IMG/VR virus record: IMGVR_UViG_3300041411_000085
Span: 1-64,000 of that record
Direction: 5' to 3' (one strand)
Length of the DNA stretch: 64,000 nucleotides
From: a virus
Shown: piece by piece, positions 9,842-19,918 of the stretch
Layout of the letters: every line of letters begins with the position of its first letter
Numbering within the stretch: the first letter of the stretch is position 1
Position numbers and translations under genes: made by a program
Notes under the pieces: generated by a model
Seen by the model: the letters and a program-made list of their open reading frames with translations, nothing else
Databases searched by the model: none
Told to the model about the DNA's origin: nothing

Positions 9842-10350
9842 TTCTTAATCATTCTGGCAAGACTACTTGCAATAATATCAAAGGATAACAAAATGATTAA
9901 GAAATGACCCTGTTGTAAGCATGCTCTGCAAGGAGAGGTACATTGCACGCTATCAAGGTCAGAAAGATAACCTATGGAGGGGGATAGGCATCTTTAAGTG
10001 CTGGGAGGAGAGATGAACCAGCAGGAGAAGATAAGACTCATGTAGAATTTAGTTCTTATTGTCTTATCGGGTGAAACTTAGAATTAGTTCCGCATGTGCG
10101 GGAAAGTCCACGTTCTTCCAAACTCTATAACGTTACGGTTGTAGGACTGTCTTGCTCCGTATAACAACTCTTACCATTTCTGGCATTGGAAATTGGTATC
10201 GCCTAAGGCTTCAAAGGCCGTCACCTTATTTCTGGCTCAAGTATCCTTTTCAGGAAGTCCCTCACGGGGTAAATGTAGTGCCACCTACAAATTCTTTAGA
10301 AACCTTCGTATTCTTCATTCATAAATTTCTTCCTTTGCTTTATGACTTGA
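9842..10350 (-). ncRNA. Candidate long structured RNA or leader with C/U-rich (anti-SD) loops
   Basis: No credible long ORF. Many stems, with GNRA tetraloops on the minus strand (10244-10255, 10259-10268). Upstream TTGACA-17-GATGAT at 10359-10387. Confidence 0.55.
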
Positions 10351-10393
10351 TATATCTAATCATCGCATGTTTTTAACCATTTGTCAACACTTA

Positions 10394-10570
10394 TTATTCG
10401 TATTTAGGTAAAATAGTTTTATAGACACTAAAATCAGGGTCCGTTAGGCTTTCAAATGCCCATTCATTACGGAACACTTCCATACTATCTTCCAAATATT
10501 CTACTTCAATATCACATACACAATAGTTGTTAATACGCCCACATTGTGAGCAAAAGCAAATCTCGCCCAC
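10394..10570 (-). CDS. Small Cys-rich hypothetical protein (58 aa)
   Basis: Read by hand: MGEICFCSQCGRINNYCVCD...; GAGG SD before the GTG start. Confidence 0.5.
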   Translation of the reverse strand: MGEICFCSQCGRINNYCVCDIEVEYLEDSMEVFRNEWAFESLTDPDFSVYKTILPKYE

Positions 10571-10652
10571 TTGTGAGCCCTCTTAGTTAAGTTCCAAGTT
10601 GTTAGTAAAACACAATCGAACTCGTTCTGTCAAGTAAATCTGAAAATAAATA

Positions 10653-10841
10653 TTAAACACCATTTAAAATACTTTCAATCTCTTCAAAACAGATTGTCCT
10701 ATGTCCTGCACCATCATCACACCTAGTGATGAGTCCATACTCTTTGTTTTCAAGCGCATCCAAAAGAAATGCAAGCCTTTCAGAGTCTTTGATTAGAGCA
10801 TCTAGCTCGCGCTTGAATTTTACTGCGGTATGCTTGTTCAT
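10653..10841 (-). CDS. Hypothetical protein
   Basis: 62 aa, coupled to the upstream gene by an ATGA overlap. Confidence 0.6.
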   Translation of the reverse strand: MNKHTAVKFKRELDALIKDSERLAFLLDALENKEYGLITRCDDGAGHRTICFEEIESILNGV

Positions 10842-12199
10842 TTCTTATCCACCTTACAAAATGTTGTATCTCCCAATACTGTTTTCCATGCACTAAACAT
10901 GGCCTCTCTCAAATCATCTTCAGCAGAAGCCTTAACCAAACAACTATCGTGATAAGCCAGCACTGTATGTCCTTTAGATCCCATTGCACCAACAATACGC
11001 ATCATAATCTTACTGTCAATGTTTTGTAGGGTGATACCGGCATCTGAAAAGAAGTGCTCTGCAATGAAATCGTTATGTGTTTGCACAGCTTCAAGTACAG
11101 ATGAGTAATCGATATTGCCAACCATTGCATAAAACTCTTGATCTTCAATACTGTTCTGAGCACGATCAATCTTAACTTTATTGCCTAGTGTCCAAGCTGC
11201 ACTATTCTTGTCGTTAGAATTCATACCAATAAGAATAGCTAACTTAGCTAACTGCCGTACAGGATTATGAACCTTACCTGTAACAGCCTCCCATTGTTCT
11301 TTCATACGACCATCTACTTTGATAAATGAAAGATCAGCACCGTAAGGAGAGAAATCTTCGCCCATTACATCAAAGATACTAAATCCATCTGTATTATACA
11401 TCATCTGATAGCAGATACTTGGGTGGATAGATGAGTAATCTAATTCCACAACTGGTTCACCATCAATCATTAGAGAAGATGCTCGGATGTGCTGCGGTAG
11501 GAGTTGAACACCACCGCCTAGTGTATAGAGACGACCACCACTTTCTAGATCACCACTAAAGATACGGCGGTATGCAACATCAGCAATCGGACGACCATCA
11601 AATGTAATTGATGCACCAGCCAACATATCATTCATACTCTTAACCTCACTCTTAATATCTTTAAATCCTTTATGACCTCGTGTTGGCATCATTTCTTTTG
11701 TCTCACGATCCCGAATGATAGCTAGATCATTATCTTCAAGCTCTTTCCATAGGTTATAAGAAGTATTAACATTTTCCCACATATCTCCTGTCCTCTTTTT
11801 AAATATCATACACGAAGGCACAGATTCATCTGGAACCAGAACTCCTTTATTCATCTTCCAAGATTTTACATACCCTTTATAAAGGTCAATATAACCCTTG
11901 GCTTCAAGGAAGTCAACAAGAGATTTAACTTTCCTGTATCCAATGCCTTGCTTTGACTTAGTGTATGCGTGTATGTCTAGACTGAAGACAATACCTTTAG
12001 CACTCTTCTTGACAGCGCGAGCTGAGTTAGACACCCACCACCTCACTGCATCTTCCCATTTGTAGTTGGTATGCTCCATCACTTGATCTACTATCTTCTT
12101 ATAGTATTTAGATTCATGGTAATAGATATAACTTCTTACACACCCAAGGTTAACAGAGTAAGCTTGATGTTCTGTCATGTTACTTAATTCATAGATCAA
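10838..12199 (-). CDS. PolA/T7-RNAP superfamily polymerase-like protein (TV-Pol-like), copy 1
   Basis: YRRIF..GGRLY, motif A VELDYSSIHP, motif B RQLAKL, LQNIDS and motif C YHDSCLV; winged-helix-like N-terminus. Confidence 0.7.
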   Translation of the reverse strand: MIYELSNMTEHQAYSVNLGCVRSYIYYHESKYYKKIVDQVMEHTNYKWEDAVRWWVSNSARAVKKSAKGIVFSLDIHAYTKSKQGIGYRKVKSLVDFLEAKGYIDLYKGYVKSWKMNKGVLVPDESVPSCMIFKKRTGDMWENVNTSYNLWKELEDNDLAIIRDRETKEMMPTRGHKGFKDIKSEVKSMNDMLAGASITFDGRPIADVAYRRIFSGDLESGGRLYTLGGGVQLLPQHIRASSLMIDGEPVVELDYSSIHPSICYQMMYNTDGFSIFDVMGEDFSPYGADLSFIKVDGRMKEQWEAVTGKVHNPVRQLAKLAILIGMNSNDKNSAAWTLGNKVKIDRAQNSIEDQEFYAMVGNIDYSSVLEAVQTHNDFIAEHFFSDAGITLQNIDSKIMMRIVGAMGSKGHTVLAYHDSCLVKASAEDDLREAMFSAWKTVLGDTTFCKVDKK

Positions 12200-12270
12200 T
12201 CACTTGTTCTCCTTATGATCGGTTGTAGTTAGTAGTAGATAGATGTATTGTATTACATGTTCTCCTCTAC

Positions 12271-12293
12271 AGCCCACGGTTTATAAGGGTTTG
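12271..12293. promoter_or_regulatory. Pseudo-palindromic motif upstream of polymerase-like copy 1 (candidate origin or operator)
   Basis: GTTTATAAGGGTTTG (12279-12293) matches 46422-46436 at 14 of 15 positions; related to 29825-29845. Confidence 0.5.
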
Positions 12294-12346
12294 TCCTCAT
12301 TCTACTCGGTACTTTCTCTGTTTTTTCTACATAATTCATTCCCACA

Positions 12347-12450
12347 AGATTACACGCCTCCAAGCTCCCTGTCAACCCCCTCACAACATTATTTTATATT
12401 CCAAACAAATCTATTCACCGCTTGCAATCCATCCTCGGCAGTGCTATCCT
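12347..12450. promoter_or_regulatory. Divergent sigma70-type promoter pair
   Basis: Minus strand TTGACA-17-TAATCT (12347-12375) and plus strand TTGCAA-17-TATCCT (12422-12450), at the strand switch. Confidence 0.75.
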
Positions 12451-12476
12451 TTGTACAACAAATAGGAGAGACCCAA

Positions 12477-15069
12477 ATGCCCATCATCCACCTACACACC
12501 TACCGTCTCCTGAAACAAATCCTTGAACATGCAGATAAGGTTGTGATAGTGTCGGTAACACGAGAGGATGGGAAGCAAATGAAATACACGTATGTGAAAA
12601 CTGAGAACTGAGAAGGGAGAGAAGAGATGAACGATTTTACAGTGAAGGAAATGATAGAGTTGCTTAAGTCACTTCCGCAAGATGCTCGTGTGTTCCAGCA
12701 TAGTGGGGAACAAGGTGGTATATTATCTATAGTGTCAAAGAACGGTAACAAGCAGTGGTCTGTGTTGAAGGAAGGTAAGCTGAAATGACCCATACCTTTC
12801 GCGACAAAGACATAGACGAAATCTTCGTCATCAAATCCCCTAAAAACACTCTCCTCCACATAAGCTATCTTGGCCCAACAGAGGAGACGTTCTACACAAG
12901 GGCTGATCTAGTGAGATTGCTTGATATTATTGATGGGAAGGAAGAAGGAGTGATGAGGGTATGACATTAAAATATAAGAGCCAACGAATCGTGCAGAATG
13001 TTCTTGTAGATGCATCTTGTGACAGGTGTAATGAACCGCTGAGTGTGGACGACGGCAAGATTCAAGATGGAGGGACTTTCAGACACAGTTTCTCATGGCA
13101 GAATCCTAAATACCCTTGTGGTGATATGGTTGCTACTGTCTGCGAACCTTGCCTGATTGAAATTTTTCATTTTGGCACTTTTACCAAGGACCAATATTGA
13201 TGCTGTATCTTATCCTTTGGTTTATATGTTCCGTATCGGCATTTTATCTCCTCAAAAACTACGTCTCATCCAACCTGCGACAGATGGGTATCCCAGACGC
13301 TAGCATTGCTACAGCTATGAGAAATGCCGCTAAGAAAGACAAAACAATCGATCCAATGCACGACTGTCCAGACCATATTGCTTCAGCTTTGTTTTGGACG
13401 ATTCTTTTAGTGTATAATCTCTTATGTTGGCCGTTCTGTTTGTGTACACTTGTTTACTGGAAGATTAACAAACAAGACTTTTCAGATTTTAGGAGTTAAT
13501 TATGGAACTAGAAGAACTTAAGGGGGTTGTAGCTCTTATTGATGAGATAGAATTTATGCAACGGTTAATGAAACAGAAGGACGATAGAATCAAATACCTT
13601 GAAGATTTGAAAGGTATTGCCGAGAAGACGTCAGCCGAGAAAGCAATAATTAAAATACACAAAGAGTTGGTTGAGAAGAATAACAGCCTAACAGATGCGG
13701 CAAGAGACTTATTGAATGATCTTGATGACAGAGCTTATGACTCAGAACCAAACCCCGGTCAGAGGAATTGTATGGAAAGGCTTCGTGATGTCTTGCATTA
13801 CCCAGAAGACCTTGACTTGCTAACAACATGCGGAACATTCAACACAAAAAATTGCATTTCTAGTGAAGACTTGTGCAAACTACTTAAACCTAAAGGAGAT
13901 AAATAATTGACTATCAACAAGCAATCCTATTTAGACGTTCTAACTGAAGTCCAACAATCTCTGACACAAATAGACACCCTAGAATCAGCAGCTATCTCAG
14001 CAGATGCTGCCTATGGATTTGAAGAAACTTTCATTCAAATTGAAAATAATCTGTCAAGCATCCAAGCCTGGGCACAACAGAAAGTAGATGAGGCTAATCA
14101 AGAGGAAGCTGAGCTTGCAGTGATGAATAATTTCCTTGCTGAATTGAAGGCTGTGTTTGATAAATACAGTTCTAGTGTGGAGATCGCTCAGTTTGAGAGT
14201 GGTTACGGAGTTAGTTATGGGGAGCCGGGAGTAGGGTTTGTCTTGTCAGCTAGCCTAAATAATGTAACATCCACCAAAGAGATTAAGAAATCTGTTATTG
14301 TATCGGGAGATTTGGTGTAATATGGAAGACACAATTGATTATAAACAACTTCTCCGTAAGTACATTGAGCATGTTGGTCAAACAGAGGGAACTACCTTCA
14401 TCAGCAAGGTTAATTGGTGTTCGGACATCACATTCAATGATGAAGAGGTGGCTGAGTTGGAACTGTTTCAAAGTTACCCCTATCCACAGGAGCTAAATTA
14501 ATGAAGGAACAGGAGAAAGAGAAGCTTCGGCAGTTGGATAAAGAAGGACTTAGTGGTACTATACAGTCAGTATTGTTAGACCCTAACATTAACCAAGCAC
14601 ACTATGCAGATGTATTGTATTATTTGTTGGTTAAAGGAATTGAGGAGAAGAGTTATTTTGAAAGGGTGGTGAATAATATGATGCGTGTGCTTAAGGCAGA
14701 AGGTTTGCATAAAGATCTTAATGAGTGTTTGGAATTGGAGGAGAAATTGTGAGGGTTATGAAGATGAATAGTATTAATGTCACACTGGATATGACCTATG
14801 ATAAATTTGTAGAACTCTTTGGTCCTGAAAAAGTAACCGCTACACTGTTTGATAAGGTAATTTGGATTAAGGTTAATGGTAATGAAATTAGGATGCAACC
14901 TGAACACTACATTGAGGATAATTCAAGCCTTTATTATCCTAAAGTTCAGGTAATTCTAGTTCCTTGGGTAAACAAAGAAGTGAAAGCAGCAGAAGAATCT
15001 GTAGCTAAAGCTAAGGAAGCGCTGAAGGCTGCCGAGAATGCTTTGAAAGCTGTAAAACAGTCTAAATAA
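12477..15069 (+). other. Cluster of small hypothetical phage genes (e.g. 12961-13200 with CxxC pairs, 13197-13499 membrane protein, 13502-13906, 13907-14320, 14501-14752)
   Basis: Closely packed, translationally coupled ORFs with GGAG/GAGG SDs; no family recognised. Confidence 0.7.
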
Positions 15070-15170
15070 AGCTTGCATAATAGATTGAAGTGTGGGAAGC
15101 TAGAGATGTTGGGAAAGTGGTGAAGCAAATAAAGGTGTGGAAATTTAATTACTGAGAAGGAAATACTAAT

Positions 15171-15974
15171 ATGGCGGGTAAAAGTCGGGCATATCTAACT
15201 GTAGTCGATGACCAAGAAGTACTGGTCCCGAGGAAGAAAACACGGTCCACCCGAAATGGTGGTGTTAAGCCTGAGATTAAGGAGAAGTTTTTGGAGGAAC
15301 GTAATAACCCGCCACCAGTTGTGGCTAAGACTGCAAAACAGAAAGAGTATTTCCGCTTGTTGGAAGACCCTGAAATAAAAGCAATTGTGTGTCTTGGTCT
15401 CCATGGCACGGGTAAGACCTTCTGTGCTGCTGTAGTGGCTGCTGATAAGTTTCGTAAGAACGAAATCAAACAAATTATTGTGGCGCGAGCATATGTTCAA
15501 ACTGGTAAAACATCAGGCTATAAACCCGGCAGCTCCTTGCAGAAATTGTATCCCTACGTGCGGAACGTACTAGATACTATCAAATCGCGTATTGGTGCTG
15601 GAGCATATGAAATTGCACTGAAAGATGGAGAATCTGGTGAAATTCAGGTGCAAGAGGTTGAAAGCATCAGGGGTCGATCTTTTGACCTACCTTCTTACCT
15701 AATAATTGACGAAAGCCAACAGACCACCAAGGAAGAAATGCAGAGTATTGTTACGCGAGTATCAGATAACTGCAAATTGGTGTTATGCGGTGATATTTTG
15801 CAGAAGGATATTCAAGGTGAGTCTGGTCTTGAGTGGTTTATGTCTTTTGCTAAGCGTCATAATTTGAAAGGTGTTGCAGTTATTGACTTCAACTCTCCAG
15901 ACGAGATTGTTCGTGGTGGATTGGTTAAAGATATTGCGATTGGGATGATGAAAGATCGGGCAAATGATTTGTAA
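15171..15974 (+). CDS. phoH: PhoH-family ATPase
   Basis: GLHGTGKT Walker A, GYKPG, RGRSF, IIDESQ, TRV and LCGD..Q.D motifs. Confidence 0.95.
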   Translation: MAGKSRAYLTVVDDQEVLVPRKKTRSTRNGGVKPEIKEKFLEERNNPPPVVAKTAKQKEYFRLLEDPEIKAIVCLGLHGTGKTFCAAVVAADKFRKNEIKQIIVARAYVQTGKTSGYKPGSSLQKLYPYVRNVLDTIKSRIGAGAYEIALKDGESGEIQVQEVESIRGRSFDLPSYLIIDESQQTTKEEMQSIVTRVSDNCKLVLCGDILQKDIQGESGLEWFMSFAKRHNLKGVAVIDFNSPDEIVRGGLVKDIAIGMMKDRANDL

Positions 15975-15982
15975 GGAGAAGT

Positions 15983-16714
15983 ATGAAAGCTATTGATTTA
16001 ACGGGGAAGAAATATAATAGACTTCTTGTAGAAAGTTTCGCGGGTTCTCGTAAGACCGAAGGTGCTGGTCAATCTATACGAACTTGGAATTGTTTGTGTG
16101 ACTGCGGTAATAGGATTGTTGTAGATGGTCATGCCTTGAAGTGTGACAATACGATGAGTTGTGGATGTTATAAACTTGAAGTCACAACAACACATGGTAT
16201 GTGGAAGGATCGATTCTATCAAATATGGGGAGATATGAAAGTTCGCTGTGATTGTGAAACTAATCAGTCTTACTACAGATATGGAGGTCGGGGTATTAGC
16301 TATCAAGAATCTTGGGTATCGTTTGAAGCTTTTAAAGAAGACATGTATTCCAGTTATGAAGATCACCTAACTCTAGAGAGGATTGACGTAAACGGTAATT
16401 ACTCCAAAGAAAATTGCTGCTGGGCCACTAAAGCCGAACAAGCAAGGAATAGAGGTATGGATGCACGTAATAAAACAGGAGTAACTGGTATTAGAACTTG
16501 GATTGATAAAGATACTCAGGTTCTATATTATGTAGCAGAGGCTCAAGGGTTAGATGGTAAAAGGGTGACTAAACACTTTTCAACTGTAAAGTATGGCGAA
16601 GAAGGGGCCTTTAATTTGGCAGTCGCTAAACGAAAAGAGTTTATGAATGTACTAAGTGAAAATGGAATTGAGTACGGCATTAATCACGGTATCCAAAAAG
16701 AGGAATTTGTATGA
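15983..16714 (+). CDS. HNH-type homing endonuclease with AP2-like C-terminus
   Basis: CDCG...SCGC...YGGRGI...TLERIDVNGNY..ENC.WAT..EQARN...NKTGVTG. Confidence 0.8.
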   Translation: MKAIDLTGKKYNRLLVESFAGSRKTEGAGQSIRTWNCLCDCGNRIVVDGHALKCDNTMSCGCYKLEVTTTHGMWKDRFYQIWGDMKVRCDCETNQSYYRYGGRGISYQESWVSFEAFKEDMYSSYEDHLTLERIDVNGNYSKENCCWATKAEQARNRGMDARNKTGVTGIRTWIDKDTQVLYYVAEAQGLDGKRVTKHFSTVKYGEEGAFNLAVAKRKEFMNVLSENGIEYGINHGIQKEEFV

Positions 16715-17481
16715 AACACGAAGAACTGATGCTGTTGCCACAAAAGTCGCGAATTTCCTCCAGTCACAATGGTGGTATGACTCATGTTATTCGGATTCAC
16801 GAAGATATTTCTGAGCCAAGTAATTGGAGCGATGAACTTGATTTGATTAATGGTGCATCCGAACAGGACACAATTGTGCTGGACGTGTGCTCACCGGGTG
16901 GATATCTTGATACAGCAATGCTTTTTCATCGCTCATTGAATAATTGTGCCGCTCACACTGTTGCAATTATTGGCCCTGAGTGTGCAAGTGCTGCGTCGAT
17001 CATTAGTCTTTCGGCTAGGGAATGGATTCTAGACGACACTTCTAGCCTTATGATTCACACCTCAAGTTATTCGCTAGGAGGCAAGGACACCGATATTCTG
17101 GAACATGCAAACTTCTCTCGAGGGCAACTGAAACGACTCTATGAGAAAGTGTATTCGGGCTTCCTAAGTTGCGACGACCTTAGCGACGTAATCAAAGGCA
17201 CCCCGTTCTACTTTAGTGCAGAACAGATTGCAGATCGACTTGATGCACTTACTGAGTACCGTGCAAGTCTTCCTTGTCAGTGTGGTGATCCATCATGCGG
17301 TATCGAGGATGAGAGTGAAATTGAAAAAGGGCAAGAAGACTTCGACGAAATGCCAAGTCTTGCTGAAATCATTGCAGATGCTGTAGAATTGGGTGTAAAG
17401 AAGGCTCTAGCCGCTCGTGATGCTGCTGAAAAGAAAGCATCACGCGCAAAACCTGCAAAAGTAATCGAGAAATCCGAATAA
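16711..17481 (+). CDS. ClpP-like serine protease
   Basis: CSPGG, CASAAS (catalytic Ser) and LMIH motifs. Confidence 0.85.
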   Translation: MKHEELMLLPQKSRISSSHNGGMTHVIRIHEDISEPSNWSDELDLINGASEQDTIVLDVCSPGGYLDTAMLFHRSLNNCAAHTVAIIGPECASAASIISLSAREWILDDTSSLMIHTSSYSLGGKDTDILEHANFSRGQLKRLYEKVYSGFLSCDDLSDVIKGTPFYFSAEQIADRLDALTEYRASLPCQCGDPSCGIEDESEIEKGQEDFDEMPSLAEIIADAVELGVKKALAARDAAEKKASRAKPAKVIEKSE

Positions 17482-17966
17482 TTCGATAGACAAACCAGTG
17501 GAGTGCATGTATTATTGGCTCCACTAACCCAAACACAAAGGAGAGAAATAAATGAAAACTGAAGAAATGTACACTCACGAGAATGAAAGCTTTGAATTCC
17601 GTCAAGGTTATCGTGAAGGCCTTGAAAAAGCCCTAGAACTTGTCACTGACTACATGTCAGACTTGAAAGCAGATAAGAAAATCAATGAAGCTCTTTGGGT
17701 GAGTGTTGCTAAAGAGTGGATTGATGATGAACTTTCTATGTATCAAGTTGGAGACGAAGAATGATTAGTCAATCCGAGATTGAAGAGCTTATCGCAGAAC
17801 AACAAGCTGACCTTGCTGCACAGGAAAAGTCCGAGTCTGATGGGTGGGGATATGATGGAGAAAATGAGACATATCAAATTACAACATATTTCCAAGAAGT
17901 TTGTTTTGATGATCCACAGATGCAATCACATAAAACAGAATTTTCTCTTATCCTTGGTAGAGACTA

Positions 17967-18098
17967 ATGAACTACCACTATGACCTAATCGAACTGGACG
18001 ATTATCAAGAGGATATCCAAGCTATTCAAGAGATTTGTTTTGATGTAGACCCTTATTGGAATATGGAATACGATGTAGAATCTAACTGTATTGATTAA
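17967..18098 (+). CDS. Acidic mini-protein (43 aa)
   Basis: Read by hand: MNYHYDLIELDDYQEDIQAIQEICFDVDPYWNMEYDVESNCID; TAATG coupling to the upstream ORF. Confidence 0.55.
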   Translation: MNYHYDLIELDDYQEDIQAIQEICFDVDPYWNMEYDVESNCID

Positions 18099-18405
18099 GG
18101 AAAATAAAATGTTAGTATTTACTGTTGTAAAAGTTGACTTCGGTCACAAACAAAACATCGGAACACTCTCCACTCTAGAGAAAGCTCAAACATTCCAAGC
18201 TGCATCTGAAGTGGAATTGTTTGATAGTGGTAGTTTGGTGGGTATTAGTTTTTATATTGAAAAGGTACAGGTTCAATGAATTACGAAGAGACTGTTAGTG
18301 AAGGTTTGGAAAGTTCAATGGAATTGTGGTTGATGGGTAATGCGGAAAATGCTGTAGAAACATTTGGAGAAGATATTGTAGCTGCAATTAATGAAGCTCT
18401 AGCTC

Positions 18406-18531
18406 ATGACTGATTATGATTTGTGGTTGGACAAGGATTTAGATGACTATTATGAAAACACAGAAGACTTTGAACCAGAACCAGAATGGGACGGACCATA
18501 TCCAGAGGATGATCATGACTACTGTGATTGA
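18406..18531 (+). CDS. Extremely acidic mini-protein (41 aa)
   Basis: Read by hand: MTDYDLWLDKDLDDYYENTEDFEPEPEWDGPYPEDDHDYCD; overlaps the neighbouring stop and start codons. Confidence 0.5.
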   Translation: MTDYDLWLDKDLDDYYENTEDFEPEPEWDGPYPEDDHDYCD

Positions 18532-18802
18532 TAAACCTAAGAAAGATCCTAAAGTAACCATTGTAGACTTTAATACTTTCACAGACTATGAATTTATTCC
18601 ACCAGCAACATTCTACATCCTTAATGCTATGGGAGACTACGTTTTTGTCCATACTGCATCAAGGATTGTTGCACAAGAGTATATCGATTCTGTATATTCT
18701 AAGGGACGTTATAAAATCGTTGCAAGCAAACTTCAAAAGACAGTTAGTAAGTTGGAGGGTGGCGGATATTCTGTGACTGGTACGGAAACTAGAAAGAAAT
18801 GA
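18515..18802 (+). CDS. Hypothetical protein (probable start MTTVIDKPK)
   Basis: 3' part of track ORF 18443-18802; GAGG SD before the ATG at 18515. Confidence 0.6.
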   Translation: MTTVIDKPKKDPKVTIVDFNTFTDYEFIPPATFYILNAMGDYVFVHTASRIVAQEYIDSVYSKGRYKIVASKLQKTVSKLEGGGYSVTGTETRKK

Positions 18803-19308
18803 CCAAAGAAGATGATCTTTACATGGATATTGCTATTCGTGCAGCACAAGATAGTTACGCACTTAGAAAAAAGGTAGGCTCGTGTATTCTAACAAAGAGT
18901 CGTGGTTTATACCTAGGAAGAAATGGTACACTTCCCGGAATGGATAATACCTGTGAAGATAGGATTTATGCAAACCACTCGTGGGACTATATTGGGTTTG
19001 ATGAATTCAAAGAAAGATACCCATATGAAGATGATGGACACTATAAGCTGAAAACCAGAGAGGGTGTAATTCACAGCGAAATCAACTCTCTATGCAAGAT
19101 GGCTCGTGAGGGTGTTAGTGCAGAAGGGGCTACAATCTACGTCACCTTGTCCCCATGTGCAACTTGTAGTTCAATTATTGCTTCCAGTGGGATTAAAAAG
19201 GTTGTATACTTAGAACGTTATCGGGATACCAAGGGCATTGAGATGCTAGAGGCCTTTGGTGTTGAAGTTGTACAACATAAGAAAGGAGAGGGTGGTGGAG
19301 ATAGGTGA
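18799..19308 (+). CDS. dCMP deaminase
   Basis: KVG...GRNG, HSEIN and TLSPCATC zinc-deaminase motifs. Confidence 0.9.
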   Translation: MTKEDDLYMDIAIRAAQDSYALRKKVGSCILTKSRGLYLGRNGTLPGMDNTCEDRIYANHSWDYIGFDEFKERYPYEDDGHYKLKTREGVIHSEINSLCKMAREGVSAEGATIYVTLSPCATCSSIIASSGIKKVVYLERYRDTKGIEMLEAFGVEVVQHKKGEGGGDR

Positions 19309-19918
19309 TACATTTGGTAGGCTTAAGATTGTAGAGTTTCTACCTAAAAGTAAAGTTTTGGTTGAGTGCTTGTGTGGGAACAGTAAAATAGTTCGTAAAG
19401 GTCACCTAAAAGATGGTAATACAAATAGTTGTGGCTGCTTGCAAAAAGAATTACAAAGCGCTAAAATGAAAACTCATGGTATGGAAGGAACCCCTACATA
19501 CAAGAGTTGGAACAATATGATGATGCGTTGCACTAACCCCAAACGAATTAATTACGAAGAATATGGTGGCAGTGGCGTTACTATCTCAGATTCTTGGTAT
19601 CTGTTTGAGAATTTCTTTGAAGATATGGGTGTTCGCCCTGAAGGCATGACACTTAATAGGGTTGGTGGTGCTAAGATTTACTCTAAAGAGACTTGTGAGT
19701 GGGCTACGCTCTCTGAACAATCTTATGATCAAAAGAAAAGGTCTACAAATACTTCCGGTAAAACGGGGGTTAGCTTTCAAGAAGCTACAGGTAAATGGAA
19801 GGTAGAGATCACTAAAGAGAGGCGAAACTACTTCATTGGCTATTTTACAGATTTTGAAAAAGCATGTACCGCTCGTGAGGCAGCAGAAATTGAACATTAT
19901 GGGAGGAATCTAGATTGA
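19256..19918 (+). CDS. HNH-type homing endonuclease with AP2 domain (paralogue of 15983-16714)
   Basis: CLCG...SCGC...THG...RC...YGG.G...FENF.EDMG.RP...C.WAT..EQ...NTSGKTGV...A..AR..AE. Confidence 0.8.
   Translation: MVLKLYNIRKERVVEIGDTFGRLKIVEFLPKSKVLVECLCGNSKIVRKGHLKDGNTNSCGCLQKELQSAKMKTHGMEGTPTYKSWNNMMMRCTNPKRINYEEYGGSGVTISDSWYLFENFFEDMGVRPEGMTLNRVGGAKIYSKETCEWATLSEQSYDQKKRSTNTSGKTGVSFQEATGKWKVEITKERRNYFIGYFTDFEKACTAREAAEIEHYGRNLD

Noticed and set aside
9206-10390. tRNA cluster upstream of the terminase
   Set aside because: No GGTTCRANTCC T-arm with a matching acceptor stem was found by eye on either strand. tRNAscan-SE or ARAGORN would confirm.
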